A stretch of 63,643 nucleotides of DNA, the filler included, from Saprolegnia diclina VS20 (Eukaryota), in NCBI RefSeq assembly GCF_000281045.1. It is 8 parts of 4 records of this genome, joined end to end, with 100 filler letters (N's around TTAATTAATTAA, not from the genome) between each part and the next. Parts side by side here need not be neighbours in the genome. Positions count along the whole stretch, not along the records: positions 17,357 to 41,395 come from NW_008246188.1; 7 more parts are not named here. One strand, 5' to 3'. Made by a program: the position numbers and the translations under genes. Numbering within the stretch: the first letter of the stretch is position 1; each line of letters begins with the position of its first letter. This document shows positions 25,174 through 36,446 of this stretch, one piece after another. The notes below the pieces were generated by a model. It worked only from the letters and a program-made list of their open reading frames with translations. It was not told the DNA's origin and searched no databases.

Positions 25174-27225
25174 ATGCCATTGACAAAGCAGCGCGAGGCG
25201 CTCAAGGAGGCCGCGCGTGTCTTGCGCGACTCCAAGGTCGCGGCCTCCAAGGCCAGCGAGGTCGACGCTAAAGTCGGCAGCGACGAGGACGAGACCGACG
25301 CGAATTCGCTCGTCGCAGCCGTCAAGATCTTGAAAAAGAGCCATGCCGAGTGCATGGACAACGCGAGCTCGACGACGACGATGACGTTGGACGACATCGA
25401 TACGCTGCTGACAGTCTTCATCGAGCTCGTGGACCCCGACACGCCCGTGTACACGCGCGCGGTCCGCTCGTCTCCTCTATTTGCACGGTGGGCTCAACGT
25501 TTTTAGGTCGAGCGCAACCTCCAGCGCAAGTTTTCGTCGCACAAGCACGTCTTTGACGACAAGGTCCAAGGCTTTATCCACCAAAACTACTCGAGCAAGG
25601 TACTACCCTCTTTCGTGGCACAGCCGAGTCAGGCGAGCGATAGAATGAAGATTCCAAGGACACCTTCCGCGCCGCACTGCGCCGCACGAGCCTCGTTCAG
25701 CGCTGCGTCAAGGCCTTTCGTGGCTCGCGCCCGCCGACGCCCGATGCTACCTCGTACGTCGATACGCATCTCATGTGTGTCTTGCCTCTAAAATGTACAC
25801 AGAGCCGACAAGCGCCATTCGCTCGACGGGTCGCCCGAGCGGTCGTACCCAATCGGCACGCTCGAGGCGTACTGGGCCGCCGACCAAACGTCGTCGTTCA
25901 GCGTCATCAAGAAGGAGCTCTCCAAGATCTCGACGTGGAGCTTCAATGTGCTCGAGGTCCGTCTCCTACTGTATCCGATGCCACACGAACGATGGCACTA
26001 GCTGTGCAAAGTCCAAGGCGCCGACGTGCTTCTCATCGTTGGCTGCACGTGCTTTGACGCCGAGGGCTTGACGCGCCACTTTCACATTCCCGCGACCGTC
26101 CTCCGCAGCTTCTACTTTGCGTATGCACGCTCTTCCATCGTTGAAACCTCATCTTTGGCGCCGTAGCGTCCAAGGCCAGTACTTGGCCAACCCATACCAC
26201 AACGGTAGCCTTTCCATATCTCTATATATATAGGTCTATGGACACTACGAACTGATATATATCGCTAGCCGAGCACGCGGCGGACGTGACCCAGTGCGTG
26301 CATCACTTTTTGACTCTCGGCGGCCTCGGGACGCAGATCTCGATGCGCGGCAAGTTGGCGGCGCTCATCGCCGCGTCGGTCCACGATATTGTACTAGACC
26401 AAGTGGTCCTGCGAAAACTAGGTTGATCACATTCGACTAGGGGCACACAGGGCTCTCCAACAACTTTCACATTGCGACCAACGACCCGCTCGCGATCCGG
26501 TATGCGTACCGGTCGCCGCTCGAAAACATGCACTGCGCGCTCGCGTTTGAGCTTATGCAGCGCAAGGAGTGCGACGTGCTGGCGACGCTCAACGATCTGG
26601 AAAAGATCGAGGTATCAACTTGATACTGGCGTTGCGAAAAGCTGCAATGTGTTTTGTGCATAGGTCCGCAACCTCATCATCGACATGATCCTTGCGACGG
26701 ACAACAAGAACCATGCGATCCACCTCGGGCGCCTCGAGGGTCTCTTGCAAAGGTAGTCGTATCGCTTTTCGATATCTCCGATCTGATGTTGACTAGTGCG
26801 GACGAAGACCAGACCGACTTTAGCAACCTCGACGACCAAAAGTTGCTCTTGCAGGTATCGATTTTTCTATGGCCGGGAGACCTGGTGCGACGACGGTGTA
26901 GGTGGCATTGCATGCAGCCGACGTGTGCAACCCGGTCAAGCCCATGGACATTTACTCGGTCTGGACGTCGCGCATCATGGAAGAGTTTTACGCCCAAGGC
27001 GACAAGGAGCGCGAACTCGGCCTCGCATTGAGCTTTGGCTGCGACCGCGTCAACCCGATCCCCGAAGCCAAAATGCAAGCCGGCTTTATCATTGGCATTG
27101 TCCGGCCGGTCTTTGAGACGCTGGCCAAGGTGCCCAAAGTCTCGCTCAAGCACTGCTTGGACCAGGTCGAGCGCAACCTTGGCCATTGGCAAGATCAGCT
27201 TGCGGTTACCACGTCGGCGACGTAG
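25174..27225 (+). CDS. Class I 3',5'-cyclic nucleotide phosphodiesterase, many short exons
   Basis: Spliced motifs NPYHN|AEHAADV, SVHDI|GHTGLSNNF, LENMH, MILATD, LHAADVCNP, EEFYAQGDKE, QAGFI; 5' exon structure approximate. Confidence 0.9.
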
Positions 27226-27889
27226 CACCCGATGTACACTAGTATCGGTCGACCCCACGACGACCCGATCCCCATATTCCATAGATTTCTTCTCTGTACT
27301 CTTTGCCCAACCCAATATAGACTTATTATCCCTTTGCCCAAACACACCACACAGGACTCAGGATGACACGCCATGACAAAGCGACGCCAAAGAGCAATAA
27401 AGTGTCTGCATCGTCCCTGTGGAGACCAGTATCTCGTATCTCAGGTGGGTTTACGTTGGCTCGCTCGCGGTCGTGCGAGGCGCGTCATCACGACTTCAAA
27501 CCAAATTTTTGTGCAGTGTCGTTCACGGTCGTCAAGCGCTCATCGAGCAATACGTAGTACCAAGAAAGGACGTTTGCCTTGGGTGACGCTGCGTCGTCGC
27601 ACGCGACCGCGGTTGGATCCTCTTCTTGTCCTGCGAGGGACGTGGATGCTTCACGGTCAGCGTGCCACGCGCGCACCTGGATACATGTATAGCCTCGTAC
27701 AAATGAACGTACGCTTTTACTGGACATTTGTATGCTTGTACGTACTCGAATGTACGTGAATGACCACCGAACACCTAGGCGCGCCGTGGTATAGTGAATT
27801 CAAATGTAATCGCCTAACGAATTTGTGTTGGGCCGTTCTCCGCTGCTTCGATCTGCACCAAGTGGTGATCCCAGGACGCTGCCGTCTCG

Positions 27890-27900
27890 TCTGATTGGCC
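27890..27900 (+). promoter_or_regulatory. CCAAT box (reverse orientation) upstream of the astacin gene
   Basis: TCTGATTGGCC about 100 nt upstream of ATG 28002; similar motifs lie upstream of the P450 (14453), HID1 (38321) and the 58447 gene (58281). Confidence 0.45.
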
Positions 27901-28001
27901 AGCCGCGTGGCAAGGAACCAAGATTTTTGGGCCAACGGGCTGCCGCCGCCCTGTCCGCCCCATGGTGCGCAGATCGTCATTTACAACCAAGCAGTAGCAG
28001 C

Positions 28002-29042
28002 ATGAAGTTTGTCGGGCTGCTCGCGGCGATGACCTCGCTGGCCGCGGCAGGCGCCTCGTGCGAACTGCCGCTGGACGCAGTCCATAACCCAGACGGCCGC
28101 CACCATCTCGGCGACGGCCAGCTCAAGTACGTCTTTGGTTTGCCACAGGACGATGGCGCCATCTACCAGGTCTGCGTCGACGGCGTTCTGACGTGCTACG
28201 AAGAAGATGGGACGGCCGATAGTGACGTCGATGCGACCGTCGACTGCCGCAAGGCCGAGGCAAAGCGGCGTCTCGGGCTGGCCACGGACCGAAAGCGGCG
28301 GCTTTGGCCGATGGCCACGCTCTGCTACAAGCTCGACGCGCCGTTTGACGAGCGCGAGCGCCGCACGATTCAGCGCGCGATGGATGAGATCGTGGCGTCG
28401 ACCGGCGTGGCCATATTGGACCTCGCGCGCTGCAAGGCGTCGCCGCATCGCGACGCGATCTGCGGTGGCTGCGCACACTACGTGTCGATCGACCAAGAAA
28501 AGAACAAGCGCGGGACGTACGCCGAGCTCGGGTACCGGCACAAAGCGGGGCAAAAGCTCAACTTGCTTCCAATGGCGCTCGAGCACGGGATGGGCACGGT
28601 CATGCACGAGCTGCTACACGCGTTTGGCGTCATCCACGAGCACGCGCACCCAGCGTCCGAGGCCATCGTGCTCCGCGGCCAGTTCCTTGGCGCCTCGCGC
28701 AGCAACTACATGCCCATCAAAGAGGCGTTCGTGACGCAGTATGACATTCACTCGATCATGCACTACGGCGTCGGCCTCTGTCTCCCAATCGACAAGAGCG
28801 TCAAGTTTTGCACCATCGACCAAAACGAAGACGACGGGTGTGTCGTTCCAGAGAAACGCCACTGCGATCCTGTCGCGTCCACGGTCCTCGGGCAGCGCGA
28901 CGGCCTCAGCAGCGGCGACATTCGCAACCTCCAGATCCTGTACGGGCTTGAAACTACCGTGACGCGCCACGAAGTCGCTGTGCAGCAAACCATGCACAAG
29001 CGTATTCACATGACGACCCACGACCGCCTCCCGGCCCACTAG
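28002..29042 (+). CDS. Secreted astacin-family (M12A) zinc metalloprotease
   Basis: Signal peptide, Cys-containing pro-region ending RKRRL, zinc motif HELLHAFGVIHEH, Met-turn YD..SIMHY, LGQRDGLS.GDI. Confidence 0.92.
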   Translation: MKFVGLLAAMTSLAAAGASCELPLDAVHNPDGRHHLGDGQLKYVFGLPQDDGAIYQVCVDGVLTCYEEDGTADSDVDATVDCRKAEAKRRLGLATDRKRRLWPMATLCYKLDAPFDERERRTIQRAMDEIVASTGVAILDLARCKASPHRDAICGGCAHYVSIDQEKNKRGTYAELGYRHKAGQKLNLLPMALEHGMGTVMHELLHAFGVIHEHAHPASEAIVLRGQFLGASRSNYMPIKEAFVTQYDIHSIMHYGVGLCLPIDKSVKFCTIDQNEDDGCVVPEKRHCDPVASTVLGQRDGLSSGDIRNLQILYGLETTVTRHEVAVQQTMHKRIHMTTHDRLPAH

Positions 29043-29295
29043 CGTCCATGGTGTCTTGCGAAACTTATTTGGACATTTTGTTATCTTATTCATGAAATAT
29101 TGTATTACACCGAGCTATGTAGGACAATGTTGCCGCCAGGTCGAGATTGGCGTGGGCGGTGTCAAGGACGGTAAGTGAGTGCTATGGATGCTTGGTGACA
29201 ACTTCAATTCTCAATGGCGACTTGATGCGTGTAGAAGATGGTGCAATCGAAAAATGTGGATGAAGTCTTATTGGCATGAGAGGTTAAATGGCAGA

Positions 29296-29379
29296 GTCAT
29301 CAGTGCAATACTCCCTCAGAGAGGGGTGTCTCCTCAATGAAATTCAGAGCAGATCTTGGTTTTAGCAACATCATTTGAC
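29296..29379 (-). ncRNA. C/D-box snoRNA, copy A (predicted LSU rRNA 2'-O-methylation guide)
   Basis: Minus strand: GTCA stem, box C ATGATGT, guide ACCAAGATCTGC, box D' CTGA, C'-like TGAGGA, box D CTGA, TGAC stem. The guide is complementary to the conserved LSU rRNA sequence GCAGAUCUUGGU. Confidence 0.8.
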
Positions 29380-29459
29380 GGTGGTGTTGGGCGCTCGTCT
29401 ACCTACGTACTACGATCTAATCTAGCAACAGAAACTACTACTTGCGAGTACATGGACGA

Positions 29460-29547
29460 TGATCATCAGTGCAGTACTCCCTCAAAGAGGGGTGTCTCCT
29501 CAATGAAATTCAGAGCAGATCTTGGTTTTTGCAACATCACACGATCA
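29460..29547 (-). ncRNA. C/D-box snoRNA, copy B
   Basis: 77-nt core (29463-29539) differs from copy A (29297-29373) at 3 positions; box C GTGATGT; it has its own terminal stem TGATC/GATCA. Confidence 0.8.
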
Positions 29548-29978
29548 CGACGCTTCCTACATCTAGTTTTCTACACATTTCCAGTTCGACGCAAATTCCA
29601 GACTGACACAACTGACGATATCCGATGGCGCGGCCACCAATCAATTGTGCTATTTTTACATCGTACACCATTTGCGTGTTGTGTTGCGGATGTGACACGG
29701 CCTTTCGGTTCACTCCTTGTCTACCGACAGAATACTTGCTCCTTGGGACATATTGTCATATCAGCTCGTTCAGCGCATTCTCTACATATTGATCGTCGAC
29801 CATCTTGCACAAATCAAGCAAATTTTGCGCATGGGTCCCGCAATGCACATGAATAACACTATATTACGATAGCATGATTTCGTGTGCGCCGTTTCGACAG
29901 CTTTTGACGCAACCCGGTTGCAAGCCGGAGTTGGCTCACCAAGTTCGCGCGCTCGAGGTGCTCGAACAACTTGCCGCC

Positions 29979-32900
29979 ATGGACCCGCGGGCGCAGCAGG
30001 TCCTCTTCCAGCAGCGGCAGCTCAACCGGCAGGCCGAGGCCAACGTATGGGGCGATGGCGATGAGTACGTGGACGAGATGGACATGCTCCAGAGCCAAGC
30101 GATCCGGGAGACGGTCACGGACCTCGACGACGCCACGATCTCGGGGACGGTCCTGCAGCTCTACCAGGCCATGGAGTTCCTCGACCTCCTCGACTTCGTC
30201 AAGGGCCTCTTCCGCGGGTCTACCAAGGGCGAGCTCGGGTCGCGCCCGCGCAAGTTCGAGGTCCGCCGACGCGCGCTCTGTCTCGAGCTCCTCGAGCTGC
30301 TCCAGCAGAGCCACTTGGCACAGACGAAGAAGCACGTCACGTTCTGCACGCAGCTCGTGGACCTCCTTCAGCGCGAGATCGACACGTTGGACATGACGAG
30401 CATCCCGAGCCTCGTCGAGCACGTCCTCCATGGCATCGAGAAGGCGTACCGGGACCAAGAAGAGTCGGGAAGCGTCATCCCGATGCCACTGCCGTCGGCC
30501 GACCTCCTCCCGCACCTCTACGGGCGCATGCTCTGCTTCTCACACGTAGCGTTGCCCTCGCACGCGCCATCGATCTGGGACTTTTCCGACGAGGCCGAGT
30601 GGACCGGCGCGGTCTACGTCGAGAAGTCCCTCGACCGGCTCCTCCAAGCGCGCTGGCCATTGCGCCTCCTCTCCCAGGTCCATCCGCTTCTTTGGTCCAT
30701 TCTGTCTCAATGAAACCCCATCTAGATGGTCAACGTCCTTCGGGAGGTCGCGTGGTCGGCCGACCAACATGCAGCGATCTGCGCCAAGTTTCTATCGCAG
30801 CTGTCGATTGAAATGACACCGGTCGAGGACGGTATGCAGCCCGATTACGCACTACTGCCGGGCTTGTACTACCATTTGCTTTTGTTTGTGCGGGACCACC
30901 CGCGCGACCTGAAGTTGATGGTGCTGCAGAGCCTCGTCGCGCACCTCGACCAGCTCTCGGTCGACGCCACCAAGCCCAAGCACCACCGCGCACCGACGTC
31001 GGGTCATATTGTCTTTGGCCCACGCGAGCTGCGTGCGTTTCAAGCGACCATCTTGTACCAGCTCGAGAAGCTCCTTACGCAAGACACCGTGCTTGGCGCC
31101 GTCCTCCTCGAGATGCTTCTGCCCCACCGCCTCACCCAGTCGTGGACGTCGACGCATTTTGCACTCCTGCTGTTGCTGCGCAGCCACGTCAAGTTTACAG
31201 CGGCGATCGACAAGAACTGTCTCGAGTACTTCAACGGGCTTGCGACCACCTCGTCGGGTACGACATGCGCACCCGTTGTCCTATTCTTGACTGTTGCGGT
31301 AGACGGCGTGACCTTGCTCCTCGACGTCCTCGAAGCTTTTGAACGCGGGCAAATGGAAGTCCTGCTCTCGAGCGCGGTCGCGCTCGGCTTCTCGCTCTTC
31401 GAGTCAAGAGACCAAACGGTGCTCGACGTTGGCGTCCAAGTCATCTTGTACACGTTTCGACACCACGAGTGCGTACGTGCGAGCGTCCTCGAAGCCATTC
31501 TGCACTGGTGCTTGTCGACATCGTCAATGCCGTCGCTGCCGCCAAAGCTACCGCATATCAAGCTCCTCAGCGCGCTCTTGCAACACTGTGTCATGGACCT
31601 CGACGCGGCGTTTCTCGACCGCATCCGCGACCTCCTCGAGTACCTTCCCGGCTTTCGCTTGGAAGTCGCGCGCGCGATTCTTCGGACGCTGCCGCCACTG
31701 CTCAAGCACAAGGTCCACTTGCGCAACGCATTGGTGCTCACGCTGCGCAAAGCCATGTTTCGGCGCGAAGAGTCGTCGCGTGCGATTGCAATCCACGGGT
31801 TTTGCACAATCCTCGACTGTGTCTTGTCGCTCTCGGGCAGTGCCGGGGGAAAGCCCAAGTACCTCACGCAGATGGTGCTCCCCAACAACAACGCGTCGTC
31901 GCGCCCGCTCTCGTCGCAGTCGCTCACGCAGCGGGCGTTTGTGTCCCAGTCGCAGTCGATCTTGGACATGGACGCGATGGAGTTTGATGCCGGCCATCTC
32001 CCGAGCGTCTTTCGTCAGTTTGCCGGTATGTTTCGTCGGGCAATGGCGTGTCAAAAGAGCGTGCGCGCGACGCTGTACCGCGAGCTCAAGACCCTCGTCA
32101 AGCTGAGCCCCGACTTGGCCACGAGCATCGATGACCTCGTGTGGCCAACGCTCTCGGCCTTGATTGAGACGAACGCGGCGCTAACGCCGGCGCTGCAGCT
32201 CAAGCCCGACGAAGCGACGCCTCTTTTGCTGGACCTCGTCTTGACGTGCAGCCCGGACAAAGTCCACTCGGTCCTCGAACGCCTCTTGCACATGGAACTG
32301 CAAGACTATGAGCTCGATACGGCACCGATGGACCCGAGCGTGCGCGTCAAGGCGGCTGGTAAAGCCACGATCGATCGCGCGTCCGACTTGCTCCAGCTCT
32401 GCGATGTGGTACTCAACTATGTCTGGGTACATACCATAGCCAATCTTTCTTCTTTGGTCATTGATTGTTTTGTTTAGGGCAAAGACGATGGGATGCGGTC
32501 GTCCCGCCTCCGGCCCGACCAGCTCGAGCACACTCTCAAGCTCGTGCAGCTCCGTGAATGCGTTGAAGAGATCGTGTCGCCGTCCCAAGCGCCATCGGCG
32601 GCGGCCGGCGGAAAAAAGAAGCGCGGCCCCAAGGCCAAAGCCGACAAGGACGACAACGCGATCAAAGCCAAGGCCAAGACGGTCCAGCCGTCCGCGACGA
32701 GCTTGAATGTCGGCCCGATTGTCGCTCCATTCTGTTTGGTGCATCCGCGCAACCTCCTCGTGGCGCTGCAGTCGATCTTTGGCCAAGGCGACGTGACGCA
32801 CCACTACAACGTTCAGCAGTGCGTTTTGCAGTACAGTCGCGACCTCTTGCTCGAGTGGCGTCTTCTCTCGAGCCGGAGCTGGCTCGAGGTGAAACCACTC

Positions 32901-34343
32901 CTCATCTTTCGCATGTCGGTGCGCACACAAAAGGATTTCCTCGCGCAGTTGGCGCGTCTCTTGTGGTCGGCGGCGGACGGCGGCCTCTCGGCTACCGGGA
33001 AGCAGTCGCTGGCCGCCATGGCGTACGAGACGCTCGTCGTACTGCTCAGCATCGCACCCGACCTCGCCGAGTCGACGCTCGGGACCGTCGAGCACATTCA
33101 GAAGAAGATCTTTGCTCTTTTGCGACAGTCGCACGAAGCCGAAGCCGACCTCGTGCTGCAATTGCTCATTACGCACTGGTACCCGCGCCTTCCGACGCGC
33201 TTGAACGCATGGAAGTGGATGGAAGCCATTTGCATTGGCCAAGCGCTCACGTCGCTGCCGCTCGTGACGCGTCTCTTCACGGCGCTCTTGCTCGAGCCCT
33301 CGTACCGCGTGCGTATTTCGACGGCGATGCTCGCGTACCTCGAGAACGGGGACGCCGACGGCAACGACGACGACGACGACCGCGTCACATATGCGTGCTT
33401 GAACACAAAGACGATTGGGCTCGTGGCCGGCGTCTTCCTCGATGCGTTCGACAAGTCGTGCGGCGCCACCGAACATACGCTCAAGACGGTCAAAGCCATG
33501 TCCGAGGTTGGTGCTCTTGTCTGTTGAGTGGGATTGATAGGTCGGTAGGTGCAACTGGACGCTGTCTTGGACCAGCTCACGGAGCTCAGTCGCGTGATTG
33601 CGCCGCTCATCACTGTCTCGTTTCCGCACGGCCCAACGACACTACGACTCTTTCGTATGCTGCTTCGCCTCTTCAAGCTCCACGCGCTCGCGATCCAGGC
33701 CAAGATCAAGAGCAAGGTGTCGCAAGTCTCGCCGCCGCTCAAGATGTTTCTGGACGCAACGAGCCGTGAGCTCGCGCCACTGGTAGGACTGCGTATAGTG
33801 TGTATTGGATGGATCGTATTGACGGAGAGGGTAGGTCCTCAACTTTGTTGCGTGCCACCATGAAGAGAACAAGCGCAAGGCGGTGGCCAACCCGAAGAAG
33901 AAGATGCCCGCGCAGGAAGCCAAGCTCATTCCCGACGTCATCTTTCAAGTGGAGCAGTACGACGTTGGCATCATCAAGCTCTCCAAGCGCTGCAAGGTAG
34001 GTCGAGTGCTGTTGAGCTGCAACACACACGAACGACGGCGTAGACGACCAACTTTAAGCGCTGGTGCATTCGTCGCCAAGCACGTGATTTCCGCATCAAC
34101 CAAGACAAGGTCCAAGTCATCATTGGGGCCAACGACAACGACGAGGCCGATGCAGACGAGGACGAGGAGGGCGTCGTGACCCCGCCCGAAGAAAGAGCCG
34201 ACGAACAGGCGCCCGACGACGAAGAAGACGACGACTGTCCGGCCACAGCTCGCCACGACCAAGAAGAGGACGAGGAGGACGAGGATGACGACGCGCAGTT
34301 GCAGTCCCGGCACGTCAAGCGCCGACGTCTTATGCACGACTAA
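29979..34343 (+). CDS. FANCI: Fanconi anemia group I protein homolog, multi-exon
   Basis: LVLTLRKAMF....SRAIAIHGF (ubiquitinated-lysine region), downstream S/TQ cluster, Q.SVRATLY, EAKLIPDVIFQVEQYD..IIKLSK, ARDFRI, acidic tail with basic KRRR end; last exon 34044-34343. Confidence 0.88.
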
Positions 34344-34733
34344 CCTTTGCTTTCGTTCTCGAGCGCGTGAAATTGGTACGCTGTTGACATGAGCTTGCGC
34401 CAAAAGAGCACCCAACCAAGTTGGTTCTGAGCACGATCGGCATTCGGATACCGATGGGTATCGTATCATGCCAGCCGGTCAAGGATACACGCATCCCCTA
34501 TCCCTTGTCATGCACCTGTCCTTGGTCATGTGCTTCAAGAAGGCGATATTACGCCCGCAGCTGCCAACGTCCGACTTGTCGATACTTGGTCGCGGCGACT
34601 CGCGTTGCGTTTGCCTTGGTATCGGCATATCGACTGCGTGGGCGGGGTCCAGACAAGGTGTACATCTTTTGGACAAAACGTACATATCGACTAGCATTTC
34701 ACATCACACTATAGTACAAACGACGACGACTGA

Positions 34734-36446
34734 TTACGCTTCGGCAGGGCCCGTCTCGCTGCCCCACGAGTCGTCAAAGTAGTCGGCGAGGATCCGCGTC
34801 ACGATCATGTTGCCGTTGACATTGGTCGACGTGCAGATGCGGTCCAACAAGAAATCGATGGCGACCACGTACACGAACGCGCCGGGGAGCGCGACGTTGG
34901 GCATGACCGTCTTCCAGACCGTCATGAGCATCACGAGCGCCGAGTTGGGGACCGGCGCGGTGCCCATGCAGCCGAGGAGCGAGACGAAGAAGAGGACGAC
35001 GAGCTCCGGGCCGCGGAGCTGGCTCCCGACGCCGGCGACGTTGGCCATAAAGACCGTCATGAGCGGGTAGTACAAGCCCGGCGCGTTGAGGTTGACCGGC
35101 GTGCCAAGACACATCATGAGCTGCGCGAGCTGGCGCGAGACTTGGCGCGTCTGGTGCACGACCGTGACTGCGACCGGGAGCGTCGCCATGGACGACGAGC
35201 AGCCAAACGCAAAGACGTACGCGGGCACGAGCTGCCGGAGGTAGTTGTACGGGTTCCGGCGCGTAAAGAGAAAGAGCACGAGCGGCATCACAATGAGGAC
35301 GTGGCTCATGACGCCGCTGACGAAGAAGAGGATGAGGTACCCGCCTTGCGAGACGATGTTGGAGCTCGTGTTGCTGCTGTACGAGACGATCGAGCTCGTC
35401 AAGAGGAAGAAGACGGCGAACGGCGTGAGCTTGAGGACGGCGTTGATCATGAGGAGGAGCGTGTTGCGGCTCTGACGCAAAATGTTGAGGAGGTAGTTGC
35501 CGCCAGCACCGAGCGCCTCGCTGTGGGACTTGGCGACCGCGACGCCGAGCGGCAAAGCAAACATGAGCACACTTAGGAGCGACCCGTCGGCGAGCGACGC
35601 GAAAATGTTGTCGGGCACTGCGAGGTTGATGATGGCAATCACCTGCTGCGTCAGCGTAAGGTCCTGGAACGCCGAGTTGGTGCTAAGGACGTTGTTGACG
35701 TCCTTGACCGTGAAGAGCGCGGTGGCGTTGGCAGCAGCGCTCAGACACGCCAAGCTGCCGTCGGCGAGCGTCTCCAAGAACTGTCCGTTGGCACAGCGGA
35801 GCCCGAGGACAATGCCGTTGGTGGACGTGCCGTTGCCGTTCGTGACAGGCCAGTTGGCGTTGAAGACACTGTTGTACACAAGGGCGACGACCATGCCTTG
35901 CATCGTTGACAGAATGGACGTCGAGAAGAGGACTGCGGCCGTGCGCCACGTTAGAATCGACGTCTTGTTCAGCACGACAATCTCAGCGATCGAGACCGTC
36001 ATGGTGCAAAACACCATGGGCACGATGAGACACCGGAGCGCGCGCACAAAGAGGTTGCCGGGCAGCTCGAGCCAGAGCGCGAGGTCTTTCGAAATGTCAA
36101 ATTTACTCAAAAGCAAGCCGAGGCCGATGCCAAGGCCGGCGCCAATGACGACCGCCATCGAGTTGAAGAACGTGGCGGTCTCGCGCGAGTCGTAGTTGCC
36201 GTGAGGCGCAGCCGCTTGGCCTTCAAGAATCGGGTCGTCCTGGAGCGCGTACGTGCCGACGGGCGGGGTGTGCGGCCCCGCATTGCCTTGCGGCGTCGAC
36301 CGAAAGTTGGTCCGCGCGTTCGTCGACTCAAAATGCGCGGGCCGGCGGTCCTGGGAGCTCGTGGACGAGGCCGCGCTGCCGAGCATCGCCGGCTTGTGCA
36401 CTGGGTCGGGCGTGTAGAGGTAAATGCCCTTGCGCGGAGGCTCCAT
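34734..36446 (-). CDS. Dicarboxylate/amino acid:cation symporter (DAACS/SDF family)
   Basis: LPGNLFVRALRCLIVPMVF, AFGCSSSMATLP, LGTPVNLNA, GTAPVP, IDFLLDRICTSTNVNGN; intronless. Confidence 0.93.
   Translation of the reverse strand: MEPPRKGIYLYTPDPVHKPAMLGSAASSTSSQDRRPAHFESTNARTNFRSTPQGNAGPHTPPVGTYALQDDPILEGQAAAPHGNYDSRETATFFNSMAVVIGAGLGIGLGLLLSKFDISKDLALWLELPGNLFVRALRCLIVPMVFCTMTVSIAEIVVLNKTSILTWRTAAVLFSTSILSTMQGMVVALVYNSVFNANWPVTNGNGTSTNGIVLGLRCANGQFLETLADGSLACLSAAANATALFTVKDVNNVLSTNSAFQDLTLTQQVIAIINLAVPDNIFASLADGSLLSVLMFALPLGVAVAKSHSEALGAGGNYLLNILRQSRNTLLLMINAVLKLTPFAVFFLLTSSIVSYSSNTSSNIVSQGGYLILFFVSGVMSHVLIVMPLVLFLFTRRNPYNYLRQLVPAYVFAFGCSSSMATLPVAVTVVHQTRQVSRQLAQLMMCLGTPVNLNAPGLYYPLMTVFMANVAGVGSQLRGPELVVLFFVSLLGCMGTAPVPNSALVMLMTVWKTVMPNVALPGAFVYVVAIDFLLDRICTSTNVNGNMIVTRILADYFDDSWGSETGPAEA

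Noticed and set aside
29297..29539. 77-bp direct repeat as a CRISPR array or LTR pair
   Set aside because: Only two units, too long for CRISPR repeats, eukaryotic context with no cas or retroelement genes; the snoRNA boxes and rRNA complementarity explain it.
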